Below are positions 25,396 through 34,708 of a stretch of DNA of 64,000 nucleotides, one piece after another. Source of the stretch: an uncultured delta proteobacterium (GTDB lineage Bacteria; Desulfobacterota; Desulfobacteria; Desulfobacterales; SpSt-501); NCBI GenBank assembly GCA_963828345.1, contig CAWHEZ010000043.1, forward strand, positions 7,918 to 71,917, in the 5' to 3' direction. The notes beneath the pieces are model-generated. The model had not been told where the DNA came from. It was given only the letters and a program-made list of their open reading frames with translations, and made no database searches. Every line of letters begins with the position of its first letter. Position 1 is the stretch's first letter. Both the position numbers and the translations under genes were made by a program.

Positions 25396-26607
25396 TCATC
25401 CTTTCCCTAGCGTCAGCAAATGCCCCATCTTCAGTTTCTTGCACTCGAGGTAGCACTGGTTGAACTCGTTGGGCTCGACCTCAATCGGGACCTGGTCGAC
25501 GACCCGCAGCCCGTAGCCCTGGAGGCCCACCATTTTCTTGGGGTTGTTGGTCATCAGGCGCATCTTGCGCACCCCCAGGTCGGCCAGGATCTGGGCCCCG
25601 ATCCCGTAATTGCGCATGTCGGGCTGGAACCCCAGCTCGACGTTGGCCTCGACCGTGTCGAATCCCTTTTCCTGCAGCGCGTAGGCCCTGATCTTGTTGA
25701 CGAGGCCGATCCCGCGGCCCTCCTGGCGGATGTAGAGCAGCACGCCGGCCCCCTCGGCTTCCATCATGGCCATGGCCCGGTGCAACTGGGGGCCGCAGTC
25801 GCAGCGCATCGAGCCGAAGATGTCCCCGGTCAGGCACTCCGAGTGCACCCGCACCAGCACAGGGATCTCGGGGTCGATCGCCCCCTTCACCATGGCGAAG
25901 TGCAGCAGGTCGTCGACGTCGTTCTCGTACACGACGGCCCGAAACTCGCCCGCGATGACGGTGGGAATCACGGCCTCGGCCGAGCGGTGCACGAAGGACT
26001 CGGTCCGCATGCGGTACTCGATCAGGTCGGGAATCGTACAGATGCCGATCCCGAGCTGCGTGCTGATCTTCTCGAGGGCCGGCATGCTGGCCATGGAGCC
26101 GTCCTCGTCCATGATGCCGCAGATGACCCCGGAGGGCTTCAGCCCCGCCAGCCGCGCGAGGTCGACCGATCCCTCGGTCTGCCCGGTCCGGACGATCACG
26201 CCGCCGCCCCGGGCGCGCAGCGGGAATACGTGGCCGGGCCGCACGAGGTCGGCCGGACGTGTGCCGTCCGCCACCGCGGTCAGGATGGTCATGGCCCGGT
26301 CGGCGGCCGAGACCCCGCCGGTCACCCCCTGGCGGGCGTCGATCGAAACCGTGAAGCCGGTCCCGTAGCGCGAGGTGTTCGTGTCCACCATGGGCGGCAG
26401 CTCGAGCTGGTCGGCCTTTTCCCCGGTCAGCGACAGACAGATGAGCCCGCGGCCGTTCTTGGCCATGAAGTTCACGGCCTCGGGCGTGACCTTCTCGGCC
26501 GCCATGCAGAAGTCCGCCTCGCTCTCCGGCTCGTTGTCGTCGGCGAGGATGACCATGCGCCCGGCGCGCACATCCTCGATGGCCTGTGCGATGCTGATAC
26601 GACCCAT
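25396..26607 (-). CDS. ribBA: Bifunctional 3,4-dihydroxy-2-butanone-4-phosphate synthase / GTP cyclohydrolase II
   Basis: A DHBP synthase N-half ([18 protein letters not shown]..) and a GTP cyclohydrolase II C-half ([26 protein letters not shown]). Confidence 0.95.
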   Translation of the reverse strand: MGRISIAQAIEDVRAGRMVILADDNEPESEADFCMAAEKVTPEAVNFMAKNGRGLICLSLTGEKADQLELPPMVDTNTSRYGTGFTVSIDARQGVTGGVSAADRAMTILTAVADGTRPADLVRPGHVFPLRARGGGVIVRTGQTEGSVDLARLAGLKPSGVICGIMDEDGSMASMPALEKISTQLGIGICTIPDLIEYRMRTESFVHRSAEAVIPTVIAGEFRAVVYENDVDDLLHFAMVKGAIDPEIPVLVRVHSECLTGDIFGSMRCDCGPQLHRAMAMMEAEGAGVLLYIRQEGRGIGLVNKIRAYALQEKGFDTVEANVELGFQPDMRNYGIGAQILADLGVRKMRLMTNNPKKMVGLQGYGLRVVDQVPIEVEPNEFNQCYLECKKLKMGHLLTLGKG

Positions 26608-26655
26608 TGCGTAAGCTCCTGAAAAGCGCGCATCCGCGCCTGCGGTTCGTTCGTC

Positions 26656-27306
26656 CTATTTCAGATAGCCGGACTTGGCCAGCAGCTCCAGGGTGACCCC
26701 GGCCGGCTTGGCGTCGGTGCGGGTCGAGAGGAACTTCTCGACGTACTTGCCGATCATGTCGGTTTCGATGTTGACGCGCTCCCCCGTCTGCTTGAACCCG
26801 ATCGTCGTGAGCACCGAGGTGTGCGGGATGACGGCGACCGCGAAACTCCGGGCGTCCAGCGTGTTGATCGTGAGGCTGACCCCGTCGACTGCCACCGAGC
26901 CTTTGATGATCATCTGCCGCGCAAGCTCCTCGGGCACGACGACGGTGACCACCACCGCGTTGCCGGCCGGCTGGCGCGACGCGATCACCCCCGTGCCGTC
27001 CACGTGCCCGGCCACGAGGTGCCCGTCGATGCGGTCCGAAAGCCTGAGCGCGCGCTCCAGATTCACGCGCTCGCCGGTGTGCGCCTCCGCCAGAGTCGTC
27101 CGGGCAACGCTCTCGGGCGAGACGTCCGCCTCGAAGCGCCGGTCCGCCAGATGGACCGCCGTGAGGCAGGCGCCGTTCACGGCAATGCTGTCGCCGACCC
27201 GGGTCCCCTGCAGGCTGAAGTCGGACTGGATCGTCAGGCGCTTGCCCTGCCCCGACGGCCGGACCCCCGCAATCGTCCCCAACCCCTCGATGATGCCGGT
27301 GAACAT
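26656..27306 (-). CDS. ribE: Riboflavin synthase (alpha chain)
   Basis: Starts MFTGIIEGLGTI at the ATG at 27306. Two lumazine-binding repeats are present (GDSIAVNGACLT / GSVAVDGVSLT). Confidence 0.9.
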   Translation of the reverse strand: MFTGIIEGLGTIAGVRPSGQGKRLTIQSDFSLQGTRVGDSIAVNGACLTAVHLADRRFEADVSPESVARTTLAEAHTGERVNLERALRLSDRIDGHLVAGHVDGTGVIASRQPAGNAVVVTVVVPEELARQMIIKGSVAVDGVSLTINTLDARSFAVAVIPHTSVLTTIGFKQTGERVNIETDMIGKYVEKFLSTRTDAKPAGVTLELLAKSGYLK

Positions 27307-27394
27307 GGATGCGTCCCACCCCCCGTGGATGTCGACCGCGGGTCCGCTCGGACCGCACCCCGACCGCGTTAACTTAAGGATCGTGGCGCGATCT

Positions 27395-28507
27395 TCAACC
27401 GCCCGGACCGGCGGCCTTCGCAACGTAGCCCTCGATCAGCACGTCGTCGTCGAAGCGGCGGGTGCGGATCCGCTCCAGCCGGAGGCAGTCCCGCATGCGG
27501 GCCGCCCCCGGGCCGCTGCAGATCGGGATCCCGTCGTCCCCGCCTAAAATGAGCGGGGCGTAGAAGAAACAGACCTTGTCGACGATGCCCGCGCGGAAGG
27601 CCGACGACAGGACCCGGCCCCCGCCCTCGACGAGCAGGCTCTGGATCCCCATCCCGCCCAGCTGCGCCACCAGCGGCACCAGATCGATCCAACCGTCCCG
27701 GGTCTCGGCCTCGAGCACCCGGACCCCCCGGCGCTCGATGCGCGCCCTGGCTTCGGCCGGCACCCCGCGGCCCGCGACGACCCAGGTCTCGGCGGCGGAG
27801 CCGTGGTTCAGCACCCGGGCCGCGGGATCGATGCGCAGGGTCGCGTCCAGCACGATGCGCACCGGGTCCCTGGGATCGCGGTCGCCCACGCGTGCGGTCA
27901 GCAGCGGGTCGTCCGCGGCCACCGTCCCGATCCCCACCAGAATGGCGTCCATCGCGTAGCGCAGCTCGTGCACGTAGGCCCGCGCGCGTTCGCCGGTCAC
28001 CCACTTGGAATCCATTGTCCGGGTCGCGATGCGCCCGTCCAGCGTGGCGGCGCACTTGGCGGTCACGAACGGCCGGCCGGTGCGGATGTGGGTGATGAAG
28101 GCCTCGTTCAGCTCCTCGGCCTCTGCCGCGCACACCCCGAGCGTGACCTCGACCCCCTCCCGGCGCAGCACCTCGGCCCCTCCGGCCGCGCGGGGGTTCG
28201 GGTCGCGCATACCGACGACCACCCGCCGGATTCCGGCCTCCAGGATCTTGCGGGTGCAGGGCGGGGTGCGTCCGGTATGGGTGCAGGGTTCGAGCGAGAC
28301 GTAGAGGGTGCCCGCGCGCGCCCGCGCGCCCGCGGCGTCGATCGCGTAGACCTCTGCGTGCGGCCCGCCGGCGAACCGGTGGTAGCCGCTGCCCACTATC
28401 GCGCCGTCGGCGACGACCACCGCGCCGACCATCGGATTGGGGGAGGTGGTCCCCCGCCCGCGCGCGGCCAGCTCGAGCGCCACTCGCATGTAATCTTCGT
28501 CAGTCAT
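27395..28507 (-). CDS. ribD: Bifunctional diaminohydroxyphosphoribosylaminopyrimidine deaminase / 5-amino-6-(5-phosphoribosylamino)uracil reductase
   Basis: A CMP/dCMP-type deaminase motif (HAEV..PCTHTGRTPPC) followed by the RibD C-terminal reductase domain. Confidence 0.95.
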   Translation of the reverse strand: MTDEDYMRVALELAARGRGTTSPNPMVGAVVVADGAIVGSGYHRFAGGPHAEVYAIDAAGARARAGTLYVSLEPCTHTGRTPPCTRKILEAGIRRVVVGMRDPNPRAAGGAEVLRREGVEVTLGVCAAEAEELNEAFITHIRTGRPFVTAKCAATLDGRIATRTMDSKWVTGERARAYVHELRYAMDAILVGIGTVAADDPLLTARVGDRDPRDPVRIVLDATLRIDPAARVLNHGSAAETWVVAGRGVPAEARARIERRGVRVLEAETRDGWIDLVPLVAQLGGMGIQSLLVEGGGRVLSSAFRAGIVDKVCFFYAPLILGGDDGIPICSGPGAARMRDCLRLERIRTRRFDDDVLIEGYVAKAAGPGG

Positions 28508-28517
28508 GCAAACGAAC

Positions 28518-28601
28518 GTGTTAAGTTTTAAGTGTTACGTGTTAAGTGAAAATAGGCCGCCCATTGTTTCTACTTAAAACCTAAAACTTAACACTTAAAA
28601 C
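28518..28601. repeat. Word-hairpin, GTTAAGT family: AT-rich element between nrdR and ribD
   Basis: The left arm is gtgttaagttttaagtgttacgtgttaagtg. The right arm is cttaaaacctaaaacttaacacttaaaac. By my count 27 of 84 nt are G+C. The right arm ends 2 nt from the nrdR stop. Confidence 0.8.
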
Positions 28602-28603
28602 TT

Positions 28604-29071
28604 TCATTCCTGCGCCTTCTCCGCGCTCAGCAGCTTTTTCAGCTCGAGCACGAAATCGTTGACGTCCTTGAACTCGCGGTAGACCGAGGCGAAGCGGACA
28701 TAGGCCACGTCGTCCAGCTCGTGCAGCTTGGCCATGATCTTCTCGCCGACCACGGCGGCGGGGATTTCCTTGTCTTCGGCCTCGCGGAGGTCGCGCTCCA
28801 TGTCCTCGATGAACTCCTCGATCGTGTTCATGCTGATGTTGCGCTTTTCGCAGGCCTTGAGCATGCCCGAGCGCACCTTGTCCCGGCTGAAGAGCTCCCG
28901 CCGGCCGTCCTTCTTCATGATCATGATCGGGATCTCTTCGATGTGCTCATAGGTCGTGAAGCGCCGTTTGCAGGTCAGGCATTCCCGACGACGGCGGATC
29001 ACGCTGGCGTCCTTGCTCAACCTGGAGTCGATCACCTTGTTCTCAATCTCGCTGCAGTACGGACACTTCAT
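28604..29071 (-). CDS. nrdR: Transcriptional repressor NrdR
   Basis: MKCPYC..zinc ribbon (CPYC...CLTC) plus an ATP-cone. 155 aa. Confidence 0.95.
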   Translation of the reverse strand: MKCPYCSEIENKVIDSRLSKDASVIRRRRECLTCKRRFTTYEHIEEIPIMIMKKDGRRELFSRDKVRSGMLKACEKRNISMNTIEEFIEDMERDLREAEDKEIPAAVVGEKIMAKLHELDDVAYVRFASVYREFKDVNDFVLELKKLLSAEKAQE

Positions 29072-29190
29072 CCCTCATGCCCTCCCCGTTCGTGGTAAGC
29101 GCTGGTTGCCAGACGAACACCGCCGCACCGAACCCATGACATCGCTTCACGGTTGAACGAATTCAAGGGGGCGGCCGCACCCGCCGGATC

Positions 29191-29682
29191 TCAGGCCGGG
29201 ATTCCCTCGGCCCGCCCCGTCCCGGCTCCCCCGCTGCCGGCAACCCGGATCATGGCGACCCCGGCCTCGGCCAGCATCTCGCGCGCGAGCTCGTCCGCGT
29301 ACCCCGCCTCGTAGTAGATGGTCGTGATCCCGGCGTTGATGAGCATCTTGGCGCAGATCGAGCAGGGCTGGGTCGTGCAGAAGAGCACCGCCCCTTTGAC
29401 CGACACACCGTGGTACGCGGCCTGGATGATCGCGTTCTGCTCCGCGTGGATGCCGCGGCAGAGCTCGTGGCGCATGCCCGACTGCACCTTCAGCTGCTCC
29501 CGCAGGCACCCGACTTCGGCGCAGTGCCGCACGCCCGAAGGCGCACCGTTGTAACCCGTCGAAAGGATGCGCTTGTCCTTCACGATCACGGCCCCGACCG
29601 CACGCCGCGTGCAGGTCGTCCGTTTGGCGACCAGGATCGTGATGTCCATGAAATACGTTTCCCAGGAGGGCCGCTCGTTCAT
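29191..29682 (-). CDS. dCMP (deoxycytidylate) deaminase, ComEB-like
   Basis: Zinc motifs HAEQNAI and [13 protein letters not shown]. Starts [14 protein letters not shown] at the ATG at 29682. Confidence 0.9.
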   Translation of the reverse strand: MNERPSWETYFMDITILVAKRTTCTRRAVGAVIVKDKRILSTGYNGAPSGVRHCAEVGCLREQLKVQSGMRHELCRGIHAEQNAIIQAAYHGVSVKGAVLFCTTQPCSICAKMLINAGITTIYYEAGYADELAREMLAEAGVAMIRVAGSGGAGTGRAEGIPA

Positions 29683-29732
29683 CGCAGCGCCTTTCTCATC
29701 GAAATCGGCGGAAAACGACCCGCAGGAGAGCA

Positions 29733-29770
29733 ACTATACCAAAATATTGTATTTAGCAACAGAGGCGATC
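29733..29770 (-). promoter_or_regulatory. Promoter candidate (extended -10) for the dCMP deaminase-nrdR-rib operon
   Basis: The minus strand reads TTGCTAaatacaatatttTGgTATAGT, with -10 TATAGT at 29738-29733 preceded by TG. The -35 is weak or mis-spaced. It lies just downstream of the fabF terminator. Confidence 0.35.
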
Positions 29771-29818
29771 ACAACTTGCCTGGGCCGGACCGGGTGACGG
29801 GGTCTTGCGAACCCGGTC

Positions 29819-29867
29819 AAAAAAAGAGCACAGACCCGGGGCGGTCAACCGCCCCGGGTCTGTGCTC
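29819..29867 (-). terminator. Rho-independent terminator after fabF
   Basis: Minus strand: a perfect 19-bp stem GAGCACAGACCCGGGGCGG / CCGCCCCGGGTCTGTGCTC, loop TTGA, followed by TTTTTTT. Confidence 0.85.
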
Positions 29868-29896
29868 GCAAGCTCCGCGCCGTCCCGATGGCCCGG

Positions 29897-31138
29897 TTAA
29901 GGGAGGTGCTTTTTGAACAGCAGGGTGGCGTTGGTGCCGCCGAACCCGAAGGAGTTCGACATGGCGTAATTGACCGTAGCCTTGCGCGCCGTGTTGGGCA
30001 CGTAGTCCAGGTCCAGCTCCTCGGCCGGATTCTCGTAGTTGATCGTCGGCGGCATCATGTCCGTGTGGATCGCCATGGCGGAAATCACGGCCTCCACGCC
30101 GCCCGCGCCGCCCAGCAGGTGCCCGGTCATCGACTTGGTCGAGCTTACGGCAACCGTGTGGGCGTGCTCCTTGAACACGCTCTTGATCGCGCGCGTCTCG
30201 TACAGGTCGTTCAGCTCGGTCGAGGTGCCGTGCGCGTTGATGTAGTCGACCTGGTCGGGCCGGATGCCCGCGTCGTCGATCGCCATCTGCATGCACCGCG
30301 CAGCCCCGCTGCCGTCCGGAGGGGGTGAGGTCATGTGGTAGCCGTCGCCGGTGAGGCCGTACCCGACCACCTCGGCATAGATCCGGGCGCCGCGCCGGCG
30401 GGCGTGCTCGAGCTCCTCCAGGATCAGGATGCCCGCGCCCTCCCCCGGGACGAACCCGTCGCGGTCCCGCTCGAACGGCCGGGAGGCCCGCTCGGGCTCG
30501 GCATTGCGCGTCGAGAGCGCCTTCATGGCGTTGAACCCGGCGATGCAGGTCGGAGAGATGACCGCCTCGGTGCCGCCGGTGATCATGGCGTCGGCGCGCC
30601 CCTCCTGAATGATTTTGAAGGAGTCGCCCACGGCATGGGACCCCGCGGCGCAGGCGGTCGCCAGCGACACGTTGGGCCCCTTGGCCCCGAAGAGGATCGA
30701 GATCATGCCCGGGGCCATGTTGCCGATCAACAAGGGGATGAAGAAGGGGCTGACGCGCTTGGGCCCGTTCAGGTGGATGTTGAGGATCGTGTCCTCCATG
30801 AAACGCAGGCCGCCCAGGCCGCACCCCGTGATCACGCCGATGCGGTCGCCGTTGTCTTCGGTGATGGCAAGCCGCGCGTCATCCACGGCCATGCGGGTTG
30901 CCGCAATGGCATACGAAATGAACAGCTCGAACCGTTTGGCCTCTTTCTTGCTGACCCAGTCCTCGGCCTTGAATCCCTTGACCTCCCCGGCGATCTGGGT
31001 CTCGAAGCGCGCGGCATCGAACCGGGTGATCCGGCCGATCCCGGACGTGCCGGCGCACAGGCCCTTCCACGTCTCGGCGACGCCGATCCCCACGGGGCAC
31101 ACAACCCCAAGGCCGGTGACCACAACCCGCTTAGCCAA
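29897..31138 (-). CDS. fabF: Beta-ketoacyl-ACP synthase II
   Basis: KRVVVTGLG N-terminus, active-site ACAAGSH, and HGTST / SFGFGG motifs. The likely start is the TTG at 31138, preceded by AAAGGAGG; the ORF start at 31162 is upstream of the RBS. Confidence 0.95.
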   Translation of the reverse strand: MAKRVVVTGLGVVCPVGIGVAETWKGLCAGTSGIGRITRFDAARFETQIAGEVKGFKAEDWVSKKEAKRFELFISYAIAATRMAVDDARLAITEDNGDRIGVITGCGLGGLRFMEDTILNIHLNGPKRVSPFFIPLLIGNMAPGMISILFGAKGPNVSLATACAAGSHAVGDSFKIIQEGRADAMITGGTEAVISPTCIAGFNAMKALSTRNAEPERASRPFERDRDGFVPGEGAGILILEELEHARRRGARIYAEVVGYGLTGDGYHMTSPPPDGSGAARCMQMAIDDAGIRPDQVDYINAHGTSTELNDLYETRAIKSVFKEHAHTVAVSSTKSMTGHLLGGAGGVEAVISAMAIHTDMMPPTINYENPAEELDLDYVPNTARKATVNYAMSNSFGFGGTNATLLFKKHLP

Positions 31139-31169
31139 TGGGCCTCCTTTGTCGGCGTCCAACGCCGCC

Positions 31170-31400
31170 TTACTTCCGCTTCGCGACGTAGTCCATCGCG
31201 TCCTTGACGGTGACGATCTTCTCCGCGTCTTCGTCGGAAATGTCGACCCCGAACTCTTCTTCCATGGACATGATGAGTTCGACCAGGTCGAGCGAGTCGG
31301 CCCCGAGGTCGTCCACGAACGACGCTTCCGGCTTGACCTCCGCGAGGTCCACGCTCAGCTTCTCGGCAATGATTTTCTTCACTTTTTCTTCGACGGACAT
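31170..31400 (-). CDS. acpP: Acyl carrier protein
   Basis: 76 aa with the phosphopantetheine site [21 protein letters not shown]. Confidence 0.95.
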   Translation of the reverse strand: MSVEEKVKKIIAEKLSVDLAEVKPEASFVDDLGADSLDLVELIMSMEEEFGVDISDEDAEKIVTVKDAMDYVAKRK

Positions 31401-31433
31401 GGTGTTTCCTCCTGGTTGATGGTGGATATCAAA

Positions 31434-31519
31434 GGTTCAAGGTTCAGGGTTCAAGGTTCAGGGTTCAAAGGCTCGCGGTCGTGTCAACCGTGAACCCTTG
31501 AACCGTGAACCTGGAACCC
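31434..31519. repeat. Word-hairpin, GGTTCA family, between fabG and acpP
   Basis: The left arm is (GGTTCAA/GGTTCAG) x5 with an exact 7-nt period. The right arm is caaccgtgaacccttgaaccgtgaacctggaaccc and ends 7 nt from the fabG stop. Confidence 0.8.
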
Positions 31520-31526
31520 GTCCGGT

Positions 31527-32258
31527 CTACATGTACATGCCGCCGCTGACGTGCAGCACCTGGCCGGTCAGGTAGGCCGCCTGGTCGGAGGCGAGGAAGG
31601 TCACGGCCGCGGCCACGTCCTCCGGACTGCCCGCGCGCCCGAGCGGGATCTGGGTCAGGAAGGCCTCCTTGACCTTATCGCTCAGCACGGCCGTCATCTG
31701 CGTTTCGATGTAGCCCGGGGCCACCGCGTTGACCGTGATGCCGCGGGCGGCGAACTCGCGCGCCACCGTCTTGGTCAGGCCGATCAGCCCGGCCTTGGAG
31801 GCCACGTAGTTGGCCTGACCGACATTGCCGACCACCCCCACGACCGAGGCCACGTTGACGACCCGCCCCGCGCGCTGCTGGGCCATGTGCCGCACCACGG
31901 CGCGCGTGCACAGGAAGGCGCCCTTGAGGTTGATGCTCATCACCAGGTCCCAGTCGGACTCCTTCATGCGCAGCAGCAGGGCGTCCCGCGTGATGCCGGC
32001 GTTGTTCACCAGGACGTCGATGCGGCCGTAGCGCTTGACGGTCGCGTCGGCCCAGGCCGCGACGTCCGCCTCGCTGGCGACATCCACTTTCTGAAACGAG
32101 GCCTCCGGGCCGAGGGCCTGCGCGGCCGCCTCTCCCGCCTGCGGGTTGACGTCGCAGATGGCGAGCTTGGCGCCTTCGCGCGCGAAGGCTTCGGCCGTCA
32201 CCCGGCCGATGCCGGCCGCGCCGCCGGTCACCATGACGATCTTGTCTTTGAACCGCAT
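31527..32258 (-). CDS. fabG: 3-oxoacyl-ACP reductase
   Basis: SDR family with TGGAAGIG, NNAG and YVASKAG motifs. 243 aa, in fab gene context. Confidence 0.95.
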   Translation of the reverse strand: MRFKDKIVMVTGGAAGIGRVTAEAFAREGAKLAICDVNPQAGEAAAQALGPEASFQKVDVASEADVAAWADATVKRYGRIDVLVNNAGITRDALLLRMKESDWDLVMSINLKGAFLCTRAVVRHMAQQRAGRVVNVASVVGVVGNVGQANYVASKAGLIGLTKTVAREFAARGITVNAVAPGYIETQMTAVLSDKVKEAFLTQIPLGRAGSPEDVAAAVTFLASDQAAYLTGQVLHVSGGMYM

Positions 32259-32304
32259 GCTTCCGTCTCCTCGATAGGTGGTGTTCCCTGCGCCGGGTTC
32301 CCGG

Positions 32305-33954
32305 TCAGCGGCCGAACACGATGTCGGCCAGCCGGTCCATGTCCCGGATCACGTTCGGGCTGCCGCCCGCGAACTCGTTGAAGCGGATCTCGGCGAGCGA
32401 GCGCGCGAGCGCCTCCGGCTCGATGTCACCGGTTCCCGTCAGCACCCGCATGGCATTGCGCGCGAACAGCTGGCCGGCTTCCCAGGCGAAGACGCGCGCC
32501 GTCAGTGCCGCGCGCTCGGCCTGCGGGTCACCCCCGGCGGCGAGCGCGGCCGCCTTGCGGGCCACCGCCGCACCGACCTCGACGTGGGCCATGAGGTCCG
32601 CGAGGTCGAACATGACGATCTGCTGGCGGGTGAGACGCCGGGCGTCGGCCACCCCGATGAGGTGGTTCAGGGCGCGCGCCGCCCGCGCGAAGAAGCCGCC
32701 GCCGCAGCCGGGGGCGGACGCCTCCAGGCGCTCCATCTCGGCGGCGATGGCGCCGTAGAACTCGCCCTTGGTCTTGCGGCTTTTTTTCCAGCGGAACGTG
32801 CTGATGATGTTCTGTTGGATCTCGCTCGTGCCCTCGTAGATCGTGGTGATGCGCACGTCGCGCTTGATTTTCTCCACCCCGTACTCGTTGATGTAGCCGT
32901 AGCCGCCCAGCGCCTGGATGCTGTCCTCGGCCGCGCGGTTGCCGGCCTCGGTCGCGTACCACTTCGCGATCGAGCCCTCCACCTCGAGGTCCTTTTCGCC
33001 GGCATCCAGCCGCTCGGCCACCTCGTCGATGTAGGCCGCGGCCGCCGCCAGGCGCACCACGTTGGGCACGATCAGCTTGTGGGTGTAGCCCTGCTTCTCG
33101 GACAGCGGCGTCTTGAACTGGATGCGCTCCTGGGCGTAGGGGATGGCGATTTCGATCGCGGCCTCTCCCGCGCCCAGTCCCATGGCGGCCACCATCAGCC
33201 GGGTGTAGCCGAACACTTCGTTGGCCTGCTTCAGGCCCTGACCGGGCACCCCGCCGACGATGTTCTCCGCCGGCACGAAGGCGTCGGTGAAGGTCAGCGG
33301 CGAGGTGTTGGACGCCCGGATGCCGTGCTTCTCCTCGCCCTTGCCGCGCGTATAGCCCGGGGTGTCCTTCTCCATGATGAAGAAGGTGGGGCCCTCCGGT
33401 GCGTCGGCCAGCACGGTGATGAAGTCCGCGTAACCGCCCGTGGAGATGAACTGCTTGCTGCCGTTGATGCGGTAGCCCGTGACCCGGCCGGAGGCGTCCG
33501 TCACCGGGTCGGCCTTGGTCTTGAGCGCGGCGACGTTGCTGCCCGCGTCGGGCTCGGTCACCGCGTAGGCCACCAGGGCCTCGCCGGCGGCGATCTTGCC
33601 GAGCCACTTCTGCTTCTGCTCCTCGGTGGCACCGACCATGATGGGGTCGGCCCCGAGCTGAATGGCGAAAAAGGCGGTGGTGATGCCCAGGCAGACCTTG
33701 GCCATTTCACGCGTGACCGCGCAGCTGTCGCGCGCCCCGCCGCCCAGGCCGCCGTAGGCCTCCGGGATCATCAGCAGCTGCAGGCCGATCTCCGGCCCCA
33801 GCATCTCGCGGATGACGTCTTCGGGGAAGATCTCCTTGCGGTCGAACTCAAGGATCCGCTCCTTGGTCAGCAGCCGTTTTTTCAACTGGGCGACCGTGTC
33901 CAGCACCATCTGCCTGGACTCGAGGTCCAGGCCCGCCAGCGGTTGTGAAGCCAT
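32305..33954 (-). CDS. Acyl-CoA dehydrogenase family protein (long form, ~550 aa, with C-terminal extension)
   Basis: ACAD N, middle and C domains (..AYAVTEPDAGSNVAAL..GGYGY..IYEGTSEIQ..) plus an extra ~150-aa C-terminal helical domain. Confidence 0.9.
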   Translation of the reverse strand: MASQPLAGLDLESRQMVLDTVAQLKKRLLTKERILEFDRKEIFPEDVIREMLGPEIGLQLLMIPEAYGGLGGGARDSCAVTREMAKVCLGITTAFFAIQLGADPIMVGATEEQKQKWLGKIAAGEALVAYAVTEPDAGSNVAALKTKADPVTDASGRVTGYRINGSKQFISTGGYADFITVLADAPEGPTFFIMEKDTPGYTRGKGEEKHGIRASNTSPLTFTDAFVPAENIVGGVPGQGLKQANEVFGYTRLMVAAMGLGAGEAAIEIAIPYAQERIQFKTPLSEKQGYTHKLIVPNVVRLAAAAAYIDEVAERLDAGEKDLEVEGSIAKWYATEAGNRAAEDSIQALGGYGYINEYGVEKIKRDVRITTIYEGTSEIQQNIISTFRWKKSRKTKGEFYGAIAAEMERLEASAPGCGGGFFARAARALNHLIGVADARRLTRQQIVMFDLADLMAHVEVGAAVARKAAALAAGGDPQAERAALTARVFAWEAGQLFARNAMRVLTGTGDIEPEALARSLAEIRFNEFAGGSPNVIRDMDRLADIVFGR

Positions 33955-34074
33955 CTATTCCATCCTCGGATCGGGTCGAAGTGACTGCCGCGCGCTCGGG
34001 GTCGACCGCGGGCACTCGGGCCAGGCAGGAGAGCGCCGTGACGCGCGTCCCCCCTTCGGCCCATCGGAAAAGCT

Positions 34075-34257
34075 CTATTCCTCGTCGGTCTTGATCACCT
34101 TGCGGCCGCGGTAGGAGCCGCAGCTGGGACAGGCGCGGTGGGCCATGGCCGGTTCGCCGCAATCGGCGCAGGTGGACAGGGACGGGGCGGTCAGGCGCTT
34201 GCCGGTGCGGCGCTTATCCCGCCGGGATTTGGACACTCTTCGCTTTGGGAGGCCCAT
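34075..34257 (-). CDS. rpmF: 50S ribosomal protein L32
   Basis: MGLPKRRVSKSRRDKRRT... with a CxxC...CxxC zinc ribbon (CADCG..CPSCG). I prefer the ATG at 34257; the ORF starts at 34263. Confidence 0.9.
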   Translation of the reverse strand: MGLPKRRVSKSRRDKRRTGKRLTAPSLSTCADCGEPAMAHRACPSCGSYRGRKVIKTDEE

Positions 34258-34708
34258 GAGCAAATCTCCTAATTATTTGAGTTAACGTAATAAAACAATA
34301 AAACTCTTCCTAACTTCGAAATTTGCGGATAAGTAATTTAATTCGTGCAGCCTGTCAAGAACTTTCCGCAGACGGTCGGTGGCCCCCTTGAGAAAGGGAG
34401 GGTTCTGTGGTATTGCAGGGCCCCGAACGGGAGAATCACTTGCAACCTGTCGTAATTGAATGGTATTTCACCCGTAGCGCGCTTGGAACGAAGCCGCCGC
34501 TTTCAACGGCGCATCGGGCGGCAGGCTGGGGTCAGGCTGACGGCGCGCCCCCAATCCGGCTGAATTTACTATGGCTTTTTTTTGCAGATGAGAGAAGCGA
34601 CCATCTTTTTTGCCATGAATGCACGGAGATCCATTGAACTGTTTTTTCTAGCGACCGGCAGGCGACCGACCGGCGCACCGGCGCTTTCCATGCGATGAGG
34701 TGAACAGC

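Noticed and set aside
28508-28603. FMN (RFN) riboswitch upstream of ribD.
   Set aside because: The spacer consists almost entirely of GTTAAGT-type words and their complements. None of the conserved FMN-riboswitch core segments is visible. A covariance-model scan would be the decisive test.
29725-29760. NrdR box overlapping the promoter candidate upstream of the dCMP deaminase-nrdR operon (ATACAATATTTTGGTAT).
   Set aside because: It is only about 12 of 17 positions palindromic and a poor match to the ACACTATATATAGTGT-type consensus as I remember it. No second box at the usual helical spacing was seen.
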